DNA from: Octopus sinensis
Lineage: Eukaryota
NCBI RefSeq assembly: GCF_006345805.1
Contig: NC_042997.1
Coordinates: 171,058,001-171,122,000, forward strand
Length of the DNA stretch: 64,000 nucleotides
Direction: 5' to 3'
Shown here: positions 1 to 13,059 of the stretch, piece by piece
Position numbering within the stretch: the first letter of the stretch is position 1
How the letters are laid out: every line of letters begins with the position of its first letter
The notes under the pieces: generated by a model
Seen by the model: the letters and a program-made list of their open reading frames with translations, nothing else
Told to the model about the DNA's origin: nothing
Database searches by the model: none
Translations under genes and position numbers: made by a program

Positions 1-284
1 TTTCTCATGCTTGCATGGGTCAGACGAAAGTATGCTGGGACAAAGTTTTCTCGCCAACTCCACTTGTTTCCAGGCGAAGCAATAATCTCTCAGTCTATTG
101 AACAACAAACGGCCTTAGATTTGTTTATAAGGAAAAAATGACAACGTATTTCTTTACGAAATCGTGCAACATGTAAAACAAAAAAAGTCTGGACATGCAT
201 TTGAGGTGGATTGCAAGCAAGCGATGACGTCAACACGCCAGTGTTTACAACCAGTGCATACACGTGAAGATGAGGGAAATACTC

Positions 285-687
285 GGATCTTTTCGGTTGA
301 CCGGCAGTTTTTTCTAACGGTGTCATATGAAATTGTCACCCATAATTATGACCCTAGTATCGATCTATTGCATTTCAATCTGTTTTAGAGTTAGGGTAGG
401 GGGAAGGGTATCTTTTTTTCTTCAGAAATATAAATAAACCCAATCTCTGTTTCTTAAACGAAGGACATATTCATACGACACAGAATGTTTTCACCTCAAT
501 AGACGTCCTTGATTGGTTGAAATTGCAGAAAAAACAACAACAAATATCTTACAAACTATAGAATTTTCTCAATAAAGCCAAGAGAAAAAGATGTTTTATA
601 AACACATTCTACCAGTATACGAAGTTTAAAAGTATTTAGTTACGTGGAAATTATTTTAAAAAACTGCCGGTCAAACCGAAAAGATCC
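285..687. mobile_element. ~400-bp non-autonomous DNA transposon (MITE family D), GG...CC termini, 8-bp TSD
   Basis: TIRs GGATCTTTTCGGTT-GACCGGCAGTTT / AAACTGCCGGTCAAACCGAAAAGATCC; perfect TSD AAATACTC at 277-284 and 688-695; interior shared with six other copies and contains TTAGAGTTAGGGTAGGG. Confidence 0.92.
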
Positions 688-721
688 AAATACTCCCACA
701 TACATATATATTCATATATGG

Positions 722-875
722 TGGGCTTCTTTCAATTTCGCTTACCGAATTTACTCACAAAGATTTTGGGCGGCCCAGGACTATAACAGAAGATCCTTGC
801 CCACGGTGCCATACAGTGGGACTGAATCCCAAACCACAGTTGTAAAGCAAATTCTTCACCAAATAGCCATACCTG
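722..875 (-). mobile_element. tRNA-headed SINE family B, partial (head half)
   Basis: Diverged match to the repeat ...CTTGCCCAAGGTGCCACGCAGTGGGACTGAACCC... seen in 10+ copies in this window. Confidence 0.7.
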
Positions 876-1759
876 TGTCCATTCTGAGTTTAAATCTTAC
901 CATAGTTGTCAACACACAGACACACACACAAACACTCAAAATAGGAATTAAGGTAACTATACAAAAGACACTAAATTGTTAAGTATAAAATTTAAATGAC
1001 TTGTGTATTCCTTTAATTGACACTACTACTGATAATTTCGCCCTTCTATTTGTATAATGTCCTTTAATTCACCTTCATTTGACGATTGAGTAAAGAATGG
1101 CCATTAGCTGTCAAATTTGTGTTATAATTCTGCCTGTATACTTGCTTCAGCACATGCATTGAAAAGGCTATGCGTATATATCTTTGTCTTCATCTGAACT
1201 GTATGACATATGTACATGTATCTGTCTTATTACTTTAAATAATTAATGCGTGTGTGTGTGTGTGTGTGAGCCCAAGTCTATGCCAGCTTGAAAAATGGAC
1301 ATAAAACGATGATAATAAAGGTGTGTCAACTGTAGCCTATGAACTTTAAATTGTTGAACATTTATAAATGAAGGAAGGTCACTGTAAGTTAATTACCTAT
1401 TTTTCTGAAGTGCTCAATGAGTAGTGGACAGAATAGAAAAACATAAACTAAACTAAACTTAAAAAAAAAAAAAAGAGAAAAAAAATTAATATAAAAAGCA
1501 ATATAAAAAGAAATGTATATATCCATAGGAAATTTTCTGCTTCTGCCACTATGCTTTATACATTGTTTCCTTCTACTTACATATTGATTTATTAATGGAA
1601 TGTTATTGAATTAATTATATGCTGAATACTATTTAAGAGAAAATATATGATGGTGAATGAGGTTGAAATTAGATTAAATAAATATGAAAATGAAAGTGAG
1701 TATATTTATATACTTATGTCACTGCGGTCTGCATATTTGAAAGGTTTTCCTTTTTTTTT

Positions 1760-2120
1760 TTTTTTTTGCAACCCTTGCTTGTGAGAATATGACCAAATTG
1801 TGTTGCAGTTCCATAATAGGATGTGATTTTGCCAAGGAACAAAGATGACAAGATACATTTGGTTACATGTACGTAGGTACTTTATCCAAGTGTCCACTCA
1901 ATGGTAAGCAGTATGTTATTTTTTAAGAACCATATATTTACTGCAGGTTTCAAATCTATTCTTCTTTGGAATATTCTTGATATATAGTTGTTATGTTGAT
2001 GAAACCAATCCTTAAATTGCTTTGCAGTCATACCTATATAAACAATGCCATTTTGGTTAATATTAGCTGCATATATAACTATTTCATACAGGTAGTTTAC
2101 ATTGACAGGGTGCATTTCTG
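1760..2120 (-). pseudogene. Penelope-like element GIY-YIG endonuclease remnant (frameshifted)
   Basis: Minus frame VIYAANINQNGIVYIGMTAKQFKDWFHQH...IWFLKNNILLTIEW, continuing in another frame KVPTYM..SCHLCSLAK; matches the PLE GIY-YIG C-terminal pattern VIY..YIG..FK.R...H..IW.LK...I.W..C.LC..EK. Confidence 0.75.
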
Positions 2121-2324
2121 TGTTCTAGTGATTAGAGGTTTTAATATTATCCTCTCTTAGCCGACAGGCTTCTATAATCTATCATCTACTATTACCACTA
2201 CCACCATGCAAGAGTTAAAGGATTCTGGCACTAAAAACAGTACTGTAACTTAGACACAAGTTCAAAATGTTTACGAAAAATAGAAAACACAGTTATTTAG
2301 GATGATGAGATGGAGAAAAAACAA

Positions 2325-2684
2325 ATAATGACCATTGATCGTTGCCAGAGCAGCCAACTGGCTTCCGTGCCAATGGCACGTAAAAGGGCACCATTTGAGC
2401 GTGATCATTACCAAAGTTGCCTTACTGGCACCTGTGCTGGTGGCATGTGTAAAAAGATTCACGTGAGGTCGTTGCCAGTACCGCCTGACTGGCCCCCCCG
2501 TGTCGGTGGCACATAAAAAGCACCCACTACACTCTCGGAGTGGTTGGCATTAGGAAGGCCATCCAGCTGTAGAAACTCTGCCAGATCAAGATTGGAGCCT
2601 GGTGCAGCCTTCTGGTTCGCCAGCCCTCAGTCAAAATCGTCCAACCCATGCTAGCATGGAAAGCAGACGTTAAACGATGATGAT
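2325..2684 (+). mobile_element. SINE-like family A with (GAT)n RTE-type tail and internal GTGCCnnnGGCAC subrepeats
   Basis: Ends CCAACCCATGCTAGCATGGAAAGCAGACGTTAAACGATGATGAT; same sequence occurs inverted at 8095, 10593 and 14572. Confidence 0.75.
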
Positions 2685-3879
2685 AACTGTATAATGTAAA
2701 ATCCTTAAGAGTTTGTGCTTATCTTTAGTTTTCTAAAGCTGTTGTGGGCTCCCAGCTATTAAAAAGATGAGAGCTCAAGTGATCTGCTAAATAATCAAAT
2801 AAAATCAAAACAAATTGGTTTATCTTTCATTCCTTCCACTGTTAATAGCATAACTATCAGTCTACAAGTCCTGGGTTCAATTTACTCCCAAGCTTTTGGA
2901 TGTGGGACTCCAGCATCAACAAAGTCCAATGACTGAAAGCAATAACTGAACAAACTTTTATGTAGTCCGTGTCCCCACTGCTAAAGATAACAACTAAATC
3001 TTCTTCAAACCACACCCTCCCATCTAAAACAAAGACACATTGAATAATGTAGTCCTAGCTGCACTATATATAACCAAAATAAAAAAGAATAAAGGATGGT
3101 CAAGAGATCTATATTATTTGGCCATGTAGATCCCTTGGAGCAGGGCTCACTTGTTAAACCGCAGCAACCAGTAAAAGAACTCTAAAAGTCTAACTAAATA
3201 AGCTACAACTAATGAGGTTGCTTTTGTTGAATTTCTTATGGTTTAGTTGGAAGGCAGCACCCTTTACCTTTTTCAGAAGCTCCGAGAGAGAGAGAGAGAG
3301 ACTGACAGACTGAAATTAGGTGAGGTGGGGGAGAGAAACAAAAGACCATTCCAAATATTTATAACAAAATGGACTCTGCAAAAGACACCCTTGAGTCTGG
3401 TGGTGGTATTAAATCAGGTGAAAGATCAAGTCAAAACATGATAAGAAATAATGAGAGAATTTCACTTCAAAATGTCTAATTATGTAATCATTGATAAGCA
3501 ATTTCAAAATACAAAAGACATAATTATTGCAAAACAAAACAAAAGAAGATAAACTGAACAAATATTAAATGTAAAAATACAAGAAAAAGAACCCCCCATT
3601 AAATTGTGTATAAAATAATAATCGCTTATTTAAAATGTCCTATTTTATTATATCAAAGCAGTAAATCAATGGAAATTAGGACATAAATGAAACCTAATTT
3701 GTGCTACGATGAGGATATGAAAAATATTTTTGCATTAAAAAGGAAATCAACTCTGGAATGCAAAAGCCAGTGTTAGAGGAGAGGGAGGTATTTTTAGCAT
3801 CAGACCTTTACATTTGATACATAAATTTTATCCTTAACGAGTACGATTTTTCCTATTTTTTTTTTCCACTTCAATGATA

Positions 3880-4150
3880 CAAGGGTCAACTCAAAGCAAC
3901 ACTGAGAGCAACTGAAATTGAGTCTAAACTGTTTGAAACACAAGCTCAAGACCATACCAAGTGGACGTGTTCCATCACCATCAGACCCAAAAACTTTGAA
4001 GCCATCAGAAGAGAAATGGAAAGAAATCAAATGACAGGAGGGAAAGGTTTGACACAAATCAACCTCATCCTTCACCAACATTACCATGCAGTCAATGCCA
4101 TTGACCCTTCAGTGCAAGAACTGGTCTACAGTCAATAATGACGTCACCAT
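3880..4150 (+). pseudogene. RTE (BovB-like) LINE ORF C-terminal remnant
   Basis: Translation QLKATLRATEIESKLFETQAQDHTKW..., then PCSQCH*PFSARTGLQS, resembling the RTE C-terminal C..C.R.FRARIGL.SH motif; stops and frameshifts present. Confidence 0.65.
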
Positions 4151-5474
4151 AAAGGAAGCATTCAGCAAAGAAGAAACTAAATTCTTGGATTCAAGATAAA
4201 GCCAACAACATTGTGCAATGTAGCTGCTGCCAAAAATTCATAGACCTATAAGTTTCATCACATACTTCATGAGAATGTTCTAGTGTCAAGTTTCTTTTCT
4301 TTTTTTTAAAATTCAAATTCAAAGGACATGTCTAAAGGTAATCAAATTTATTTCCGATTTAATAACATTATTATTATTATTTTTTTTTTTTTTTTTGCAG
4401 TATAAAACAGTGTGAGTTAATCCATTACAGAATTTATAAGGTGGGAAGCTTAACCCCACTTTCCAAAAGTTAAGTCGATAAAAGATCTCCTCCCCCCTTG
4501 CTAAGGACTACAGACAATCACTAGATGCTTATTTTGCTAGACAGGTGAACTGAGACAATCAATGCAGAATTAAATGTCTGCTAGAAACACTTTTTAAGTC
4601 AGCAATCTAATATCTTATCCACCCTACCATTGTTCCACCCCACTAAGTAGTTTTTAAAGAATAATGCTTTGAGAGATAAAAATCAATGTTCAGGATAAGA
4701 GGATATTAATCTCTCTCAGATAATAATATACAAATGAAATATTAGATACTGATACAACCGATAGCTAGTCGTGTAGCCCCCAAATGTAATAAGTCTATGA
4801 TCAGCAGGCATGAACAAACAGCCTGTTATATTAAGGATATTATTAAATTACACTATTTAATGTCTTTCTATTTTAAGACAGTGGAGTGTACTTTGAGAGA
4901 GATTTGGTTGCCATTTCTAGAAGGGAATGCAACTATGGAGACACCTGTGGAGGCTAATTGAAATGATGTATGCTTGAATTAAAGTATATACTGCTCACAC
5001 AGAAGCCACAAAACAATGCCTGTAGCAGGTTTCAACTCAAGATCTATAAAAGCTGTACTAACTATAACCCACTAATCTATATGCATGAATATGGATATTT
5101 GTAGATGCTTTCTTTCAAATCCTGATTAAAAAATAAAAATAGAAATTACAATTCTAGGAGACTGAGCACTGCAGAAAGAAAGGATAAGCCCATGATTTAA
5201 TACAGCTTTTAACTCTGCTTCAGTGTATGAAAATCGAGCTGCTTATACGAAGAGAAATTATGTAAGATATTCAATGAGATATATCTAGCAGATAATATTA
5301 CTATAACTCAGTTAAGTCAGCTTACATATGTATAAAACACTTATTCCATTCAGAACATTTTCAGAGAAAGTAACGTTTTGAATGTGTGTAGGTGTGTGTA
5401 TATATGTCTGCTTTCTTGCTTGCTTTTGTACATATGCATCAGAGCACATGATTGTAGCGTTTGTGTATATACAT

Positions 5475-6600
5475 ACCTGTGTTACCCACTCAAATCTGTG
5501 AATCCTATCAGACAATTCCACATATGGACAACGGCCCATGTTATTAAGGAGTCAAAAGATCTACAGTGTGAGAGTCAATAGGAGTCAAGCATGGATGATT
5601 GTTGGCTTCTGTAAGTAACTCTATCATATGTTTCTTATCCCTGAGACTCCACTTTTACACAGGAAGATAGAAAGGGAAGTGAAACGTCACTGGAAACTCA
5701 TTCAACAGCAGAAAACTGTAGGCTATCAACAGTAAGCTCAAACCTAAGCAAACCATAAGTTACAACAATGTAGTCTGATGGGAGTGTTCTGGTAGTTCAC
5801 ACTTCAGAAACCCTATAAGCCATCATTCGAGCTACTGTTACAACTTATAAAAGAATAAGTCTGACAGTTAACGTGCAGAAGAATGAAGTTAGAAGCTAAA
5901 GATACCCAGCATCCTCCCCATTCTCAGCACAGTTGCAACAACTATTTTGCAGTCAGTCACTCATCTTAACATACTGCACCCACACAGGACAAAGACACTG
6001 AAAACTACCTACACAAAACTCTAAATCTAATGCATGGTTCAACAAAGGGATTAATTCTCAGTAACCATCTCCACCTTCATACCAAGGTTGATGTTTACAG
6101 ATAGTAGGTGAAATGCTTAGCGGTATTTCGTCTGCCGCTATGTTCTGAGTTCAAATTCTGCCGAGGTCGACTTTGCCTTTCATCCTTTCTAGGTCAATAA
6201 AATAAGTACCAGTTACGCACTGGGGTTGATATAATCGGCTTAATCCATTTGTCTGTCCTCTGTGTTTAGCCCCTTGTGGGTAGTAAAGAAATAGGTACCA
6301 CAAAAGTCACATTACCAAGGACCTTCTATAGCGAGCAATACTATGGTCAACACAAGTATAGCCCGCCTTGGAAAAGGTTCAAATACCAACTTAATAACAC
6401 TTTGAAGAGGAACAATAGCAATCCTTCAATAATGTAAGAACTCATTTGCAACATGCATTAGCAATCTCACAGCACGGAAGGAAAATGTATTCAATACTAT
6501 TAGAAAAGGAGTAAAAAAAAAACACAACTATACTTTCCTATTTCCAGCCAAAGATTAACATACCCTGAATGTAGGTGGAACTTCTTGGTTCATCAGATAT
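5475..6600 (+). pseudogene. RTE (BovB-like) LINE reverse-transcriptase remnant, interrupted by a SINE
   Basis: Successive degenerate blocks CYPLKSVNPIRQFH (GCP.KF..IRQFH), GVKHG (GVKQG), ISLTVNVQKNEV (GLTIN..KTEV), HLHTKVDVYR, LPRTFYSE..KRFKYQL in colinear order. Confidence 0.7.
6110..6296 (+). mobile_element. tRNA-headed SINE family C (5'-truncated) inserted in the RTE remnant
   Basis: B-box GAGTTCAAATTC followed by GAGGTCGACTTTGCCTTTCATCCTTTC core and GCCCCTTGTGGGTAGTAAAGAAATAGG tail. Confidence 0.85.
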
Positions 6601-6641
6601 TATTTTCTAGAACTTATATATTTTTGTTTTTTAATTAGGAC

Positions 6642-6872
6642 TTGACCATTTTGCATTCGGACCGGTCATATCCAGCCCAAATATTCTACTTGTTTTATGT
6701 TGAAACTGGCTAGACCCAACCTCTCACACTTACCAGACAATGTCATTCTAAAAATAAACAATCATGTCATTGTAATTTCAAAGCTGTGAGATAATGCAGG
6801 ATTAATTCAGAACAATGTGAATAAATAAACAACGCATTAGAAGAGGAAGAAATGTGAATGCTAAACAGTTAA
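6642..6872. mobile_element. degenerate piggyBac-type (TTAA) MITE
   Basis: Ends TTGACCATTTTGCATTC / GAATGCTAAACAGTTAA form an imperfect IR; a related interior occurs at ~29546-29740. Confidence 0.5.
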
Positions 6873-7849
6873 AAGTGGTCTCTACAAATATAAGCAACAT
6901 GCCTGTTTTTGTATATATGTACACGAGTATATGTTGTGTGTCTACGTGATTTTGTAAATGTGTGTTCCAGTTTGAGTTAATTAAATTATGTAAGTATCTG
7001 CACATGTGCATCTGAGCAAGTGATGTAATGTATATGCATGTCTATTTGCCTGTCTCTACATTCTTGTTTGAGTGCATGTACATGCCTCTGCACACATGCA
7101 CATGTCTGCGTGTATTTGTGTATGTGTGTGCATGTGTACATTGCATATATTCACCCACTTCTAACATTCCACCACAGTGAGAGGTGCTGGTATGTTATGC
7201 GAAAGAGCAATTAAACAAAAGAAACAAAAAGAAACCGAAAACCAAACCAAAAAAAAAAAAAAGAATACCCCAGGGGTGGTTGGGGGGAAAAACATTTTGA
7301 ATCTATTATCACTTCTAGAGGGGAAACATTAACTGGTGGATCTCTTTAATGTCAGCAAGATATCACATGTCTAAAATGTGAATAGGGGGGAAAGGGAGAC
7401 AGTGTGCGTATGCTTGTCTGTAGCTGTGCGCATGTGCATGCACCCCACCTCACACATTTGTATGCATTTGTAAAGAAGCAAATTCAAAAGGAAAATCGTG
7501 ATGTAGCCATCTTCTACATATTACTTGTTTACACATCTATGTCAATTAATACTGTTTACATCTAAAACAAGCATAAATTTCTTTTTTGATGTTATCTATC
7601 ACATTGTGTGTGTGTGTGTATGATTAGTTGTATATATATTTCTCTCTAGGGCCAAGAAGCTTTGATTTGTATTGTATTTCAACTGAAATATCTTTTTTAA
7701 AAATCAATAAATAGTAGGAATGCCATTAAAAGGAGAAAAAGTAGTTTTGTTAGTATAAATAGACTGAATGTTAATAAATGTTAAAAACACATTAAAGCTG
7801 GAAGGGTTGAAAAGACTATTATTATCATTATTAATATCATTTAGGCAAT

Positions 7850-9065
7850 GAACAAGCAGATTTGTTATCTTAGCATTTCTTCTGACTCGCTAAGTTCTGG
7901 GTTCAAATGCAGCTGAGGTTGACTTTGTCTTTCATCCTTTTGGGGTTGATTAAATAAATACCAGTTGAACATTGGGGTTGATGTAATTGACAAATCTGTC
8001 CCCACAAAATTTTAAGCCTTGTGCCTCTAGAAGAATTATTATTATCATTATTAGGCAATGAGCTGGCAGAATCATTAGCATGCCAGGCAAAATCATCATC
8101 ATCATCGTTTAATGTCCGCTTTCCATGCTAGCATGGGTTGGACAATTTGACTGGGGACTGGCGAACCAGATGGCTGCACTAGGCTCCAATCTGATCTGGC
8201 AAAGTTTCTACAGCTGGATACCCTTCCTAATGCCAACCACTCTGAAAGTGTAGTGAGTGTTTTTACATGCCATCGGCAATGCGATACATAAAAGCACCCG
8301 ACCCATGCAGTGTTGCATAGAAGCACCCATGCAGTGCCATGTGAAAGCACCTAGCACACTCTGAATTAGTTGGTGTTAGGAAGGGAATCCAGCCATAGAA
8401 ACTTGAGTCTGGTGTAGCCCCCTGCCTCTAGCTCTGGTCACACTGTCCAACCCATGCCAGCATACACAACTAACATTAAACAATGAAGATGTGTGTAAGG
8501 TGGTGAGCTGGCAGGATTGTCAGCAAACTGGACAATGCTTAGCAGCATTTCATTTGCTGTTATATTACGAGTGCAAATCCTGCTGAGGTTGACTTTGCCT
8601 TTCACCTTTTCAAGGTCAATTAAAATAAGTACCAGTTGAGTGCTGGGGATCAATGCAATTGACTTACTCCTCCCCTGAACTAGCTAGCCTTGTGCCAAAA
8701 TCTGAAACCAACAATAGCACATGCCTGTAAGGTGACTGCCTTTTCAGGATCGAGGGTGACTTTGCCTTTCAAACACTTAAAAAAGATACCAGTCGTCACT
8801 GGGGATGATTTAATCAACTCCCACACCAAAACCTGCTGGCCTTGTGCCAAAATTTGAAACCAACAATAACACATGCCTGTAAGGTGACTGGCTTTTCAGG
8901 ATTGTTAGTAAGCTGGACAAAATGCTTAGCGGCAATTCTTTTGTCTTTATATTCTGAGTTCAAATTTCACCGAGGTTGACTTTGCCTTTCAAACACTGGG
9001 GTTGATTTAATCAACTCCCACCCCCAAAACCTGCTGGCCTTGTGCCAAAGTTTGAAACCAATATT
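7850..9065. mobile_element. cluster of diverged family C-like SINEs and back-to-back family A fragments
   Basis: GACTTTGCCTTTCA core at ~7920, 8590, 8758 and 8978; family A minus at 8095-8300 and plus at ~8350-8465. Confidence 0.7.
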
Positions 9066-9668
9066 AACGCATGTGTGAGAGTACATTAGATAAGACAAAT
9101 TCCAGTTGGCTTATTTTCTCACCCCACCATTTTCCCATATCTTATGACAAGAAAAACTAACAAAATAGTCTCATTTTTTTCATAAGTGTTATTATTATAT
9201 TCAGGAGAAGAAGCAAGGGAAAAGGAAAATAAAATTTTCAGAAGTCAACAATTAAAAAAGAAAATACATACATAAATAAATAAATAAATAAATGCAGTTA
9301 AAATACCTATCATAGTTTTGGTCTAAGTTTTAGTGGTTATAAAAAACCTACTGAACTCTAACTAAACTGGTCAGCTTATATTTCATTTGGAAGTATAACA
9401 GTGGTAGTGAAAGTTTCTAAAATCATGTATGTATGTATATCATCGTCATCATTTAACATCTGCCTTCTCATGCTGGCATACACACACACACACAGATACA
9501 ATGATGTGCACACATGTATTATGTAATTAATACACACACATATATAAATATAATACATACATATTTACAATACATGTATATATATATGCACACACACACA
9601 TACGTAAAATATAAAACACCTATACATATATATTCACATCAAATGTATAAATACACACACACACACAC

Positions 9669-9725
<57 letters not shown>
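9669..9725. repeat. (TA)n microsatellite
   Basis: Continuous TA run within a CA/TA-rich tract. Confidence 0.95.
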
Positions 9726-9728
<3 letters not shown>

Positions 9729-10592
9729 CTATATATATATACATACACACACACACAACAGAGTACATCAGCACTAAAATAAATTGTCAATTTTCTAAAG
9801 CCTCACAAGTTAAATAAATAGAATAACAATATAAACACATTCTTTCACTGCTTGTGGATGTGTAGGGAAAAATCTGTTGAGTAGGATGGAAAATTGTTGC
9901 AGAAATTTGAATACCAAACCAGGCATCAACACCTACCCTTCTTTTAAGGTGGATAAAGAGAATGCACAGTGACCTTTTATTTTAGGGGCCTCTTGAGATG
10001 ATTGATATAACTGAAAGAGGTTGTGTGTGGTTTTGGTAATAAGCATGAATAATACTATTTTACAGAGAGAAAAAAAAAGCTATGTAAAATATCCAGAGGG
10101 ACAGTGTAATCTGAAGGACAATACATGCATGAGTGAATATGTTTGTTTGCTTGTGTGTGTGTGCATGTATATATGTAAGTGTATAGTAGTGTATATTGTG
10201 TAAATATTTGATAGAAGCCGAGACTTTAAACTTCCTTCACAACCTTTGCTAATTCTGTTGTGAAACAGAAACATGAAACTCTGGAATAGTGGACATAAAG
10301 GAGCTTTAACTTCAAATAAATAAACCCTTTTTAATATATTGAGCAGTTTCTTCCTCTCATTTGTAAGTTATATATATGCATATATTTAAAATATTAGGAA
10401 AAAAACCACCTTTTATCAATTCAAAATACCATCTAGAAAATTACATATAATAGAAAAGTTAAAAATAAAATAACAATTAAAAAGAAAAGATTAAGTAAAT
10501 TACAAGAATAATATAATGTATATAATAAGGAGAATAAAATATAATAATGTATATATATGCATATATATATATATATATATACATATATATAT

Positions 10593-11060
10593 CATCATCA
10601 TTTAATGTCTGTAGTCCATGCTGGCATGGGTTGAATAGTGTTTGACCAGAACTAGTAAGTTGAGGGACTGCATCAGACTCCAGTCTGATTTGGCATAGTT
10701 TCTACAGCTGGATGCCCTTCCTAATGCCAGCACTGAGAGTGTAATGGGTGGTTTTACATGCTACCAGCACAGGTGGTAGATGCATGACACCAATATCTGC
10801 TACAACTACAATTTCGCTTGGCTTGATGAGTCTTCTACTCAAGCACAGCATATTGCCAAAGGTCTCAATCATTTGTCATTACCTCCGTTAGGTCCAACGC
10901 TCAAAAGGTGCTTTTTACATGCTGCCACCAGCACAGGTGCTAGTTATGCGGCACTGGCATCAGCCATATTGCCTTCATGAGGCCCAACGCTTGAAAAGTA
11001 CTTTTTACATGTCACCAGGACAGGTGCCAGTTATGTGACACCAGCATTAGTCACAACTAT
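10593..11060 (-). mobile_element. SINE-like family A with expanded internal subrepeats
   Basis: Starts CATCATCATTTAATGTC...CATGCTGGCATGGGTTG; three repeated TTTTACATG..CCAGCACAGGTG units. Confidence 0.75.
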
Positions 11061-11109
11061 ATATATATATCAATGGATATCCATAAGTGAGTAAAAAAAG
11101 CATACTCAA

Positions 11110-11492
11110 TCTCTCTCTATATAAACGGCAGTTTGTCTGTGCGTTTTCTGTGTGTCTGTTTTCTCGTACCCTCACTCTGACCATGGCTTTCAACCGATTC
11201 TGATGAAACTTGACACACACATAGCCCAATGTCATAATTCAAAACTAACGCAGCGAAAATTTTGAAAAGTTCCCCCCGTTCTGAAAAAAATCGATAAATT
11301 CGACATGGGTGCGAGAATCAGAAACCCAAACCACAGACCGTCTAGGGGACGCAACTCCACCTTTTTTAACTCTCAAAAAAATTTACCATCATTTTTTTTC
11401 CATTTTTTTGCTATTTTTTGGCTATAACTCTCTAAAAATGCTTTATAGTTATTTCCCTTACAAACCTGAGCAACGCCGGGCGATACTGCTAG
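11110..11492 (+). mobile_element. non-autonomous Helitron
   Basis: 5' TC(TC)nTATATAAA after A11109; 3' subterminal hairpin CCTGAGCAACGCCGGG, CTAG at 11489-11492, then T (A|T target). Confidence 0.85.
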
Positions 11493-12379
11493 TAAAAAAT
11501 AAAACAGTTATATTTTTATATCATCAGGCAGCATATCATTGGTTATACCATATAACTGGTTTAGATACTACTATCAGTTTCATGCACTACAACATTGCCA
11601 AGGGCGACAGTTGGCTTGAGACCACCAGTCACATTCTGACCAATTTTCAGCTATAACCAGTAATATACTGTTTGACAATATTTACATAAGACACTACACA
11701 GCATTTGGGGTTTATTATTTTTATAATAAACATACAAACATTATTACACCACACGAAAAATATAGTTTACGCCTTAATACCAAAGAATTAATTTAATAGA
11801 CAGTGTGTACCTATGAATTTGTAGAGTTCCATTGTTTTCTCAGCAAAGATATACATTTCACACTTTATCAATGTACAATTCACTACCTGGTATTCAAAAA
11901 AGGTTTCCCATTTGTGCAGTAGGAATTTGAGGGGAATTTGGCTGCTATTTCCAACAGATTGAGCAACTGTATAGTGGCTACCACATTGGAGCGTTGTGAG
12001 TTTGAATTGACATTCTGCTGAGTATGCAAGCCTCAAGGAGTAGAGGCCGTTATAATTGCTGCCGATGTCTAAGACAGTGGAATGAGCCCAGGTTGAAGAT
12101 TGTAAAGAGTATGTGATTGCTCTTAATGAAGCTGTAGGCCATTTGTCCAAAACAAGACAAGCAGTTTAAGTCCTTGGACAAAGATAATTTTACTTGCATA
12201 CAGATATTTTCAGAAATATAGGTGTGAATATTGAACTTGAATTTAATAAAAAGGAAAATAACACAAAAGATAATTATAAAACAGTGAACCATGGTAAATA
12301 CCATAAAGTGCTTTTAAATATCAAGTATCTGCCACTATTTATTTTCCATTTCCCAATAACAAAAGTCCCAGCCTATCCA

Positions 12380-12720
12380 AACTCTTCTGTTGTGGTTCAT
12401 TGTTCTTCCAAGATATAAACTGAGGAGTTGTCCATGAAGACTCCTCTGCAGATGACCTACTTCTTACTGCCGAATCACTAAGTAGGATTATAAGAATTAA
12501 AAAGGAAATTCCTAGCATGAAAACAAAACTTAGAATTGAGAGGCCCTTAAAGTAAACATTGCAAAGACTGCAATATTAGTTAGCAAGAAAGAAAGAAGAC
12601 AGGATCCTGATGCCATCAGGGAAATAGCCATTTGGTGTGTAGAAAAGGAATAAATAGGAATTCCATATGGTACAGCCAGTATAAACAATATTGGATTTAG
12701 GATTCTGTAGCTGAGAAGCA
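12380..12720 (+). pseudogene. RTE LINE reverse-transcriptase remnant
   Basis: Frameshifted ADDLLLTAESL (YADDLVL.AES), then ELKRKFLA.KQNLELRG.KVNIAKT, typical of the RTE RT C-terminal part. Confidence 0.65.
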
Positions 12721-12838
12721 AATTTCCTTCCAGGGTACGTCACTGGTTGGTCTGATTCAGGTAGTTTTCAGTTTTTATTTTATTGCCAAGTAAAACTGAA
12801 TTCAGCATTGCAACACAATAATTTACTCATCAATTTAA

Positions 12839-13059
12839 CCCTTTCATTACCATATTTATTTTGAGATGCTCTGTGTTTCTTTCAATTATTTTAGACGTAA
12901 CAAAGAATTTAGTAAAATAACTTCGTTATCATTAAGCTAGTATTAGGAACATAAATTATGACTAAGGTTTGGTGGAAGATTTTAATTCAAAATTTATGAA
13001 AACAAGACATTTGTACTACAGAGCCAGAGCCGGTTTCAGCTGGGCTGGTAATGAAAGGG
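12839..13059. mobile_element. piggyBac-type MITE
   Basis: TTAA at 12835-12838 and 13060-13063; perfect TIRs CCCTTTCATTACC / GGTAATGAAAGGG. Confidence 0.9.

Noticed and set aside
4401-4411. Possible 11-nt microexon (poly-T GCAG | TATAAAACAGT | GTGAGT)
   Set aside because: Splice-like signals around poly-T are common by chance; no independent support.
8689-9065. Repeat-spacer-like pattern as a CRISPR array
   Set aside because: Eukaryotic SINE-derived units with irregular spacing and homologous 'spacers'; no cas genes.
10226-10264. Possible minus-strand terminal exon ELAKVVKEV*
   Set aside because: Too short, not recognised, and no linked upstream exon found.
12530-12721. Hydrophobic minus-strand ORF resembling a membrane protein
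   Set aside because: It is the antisense of the RTE reverse-transcriptase remnant on the plus strand.
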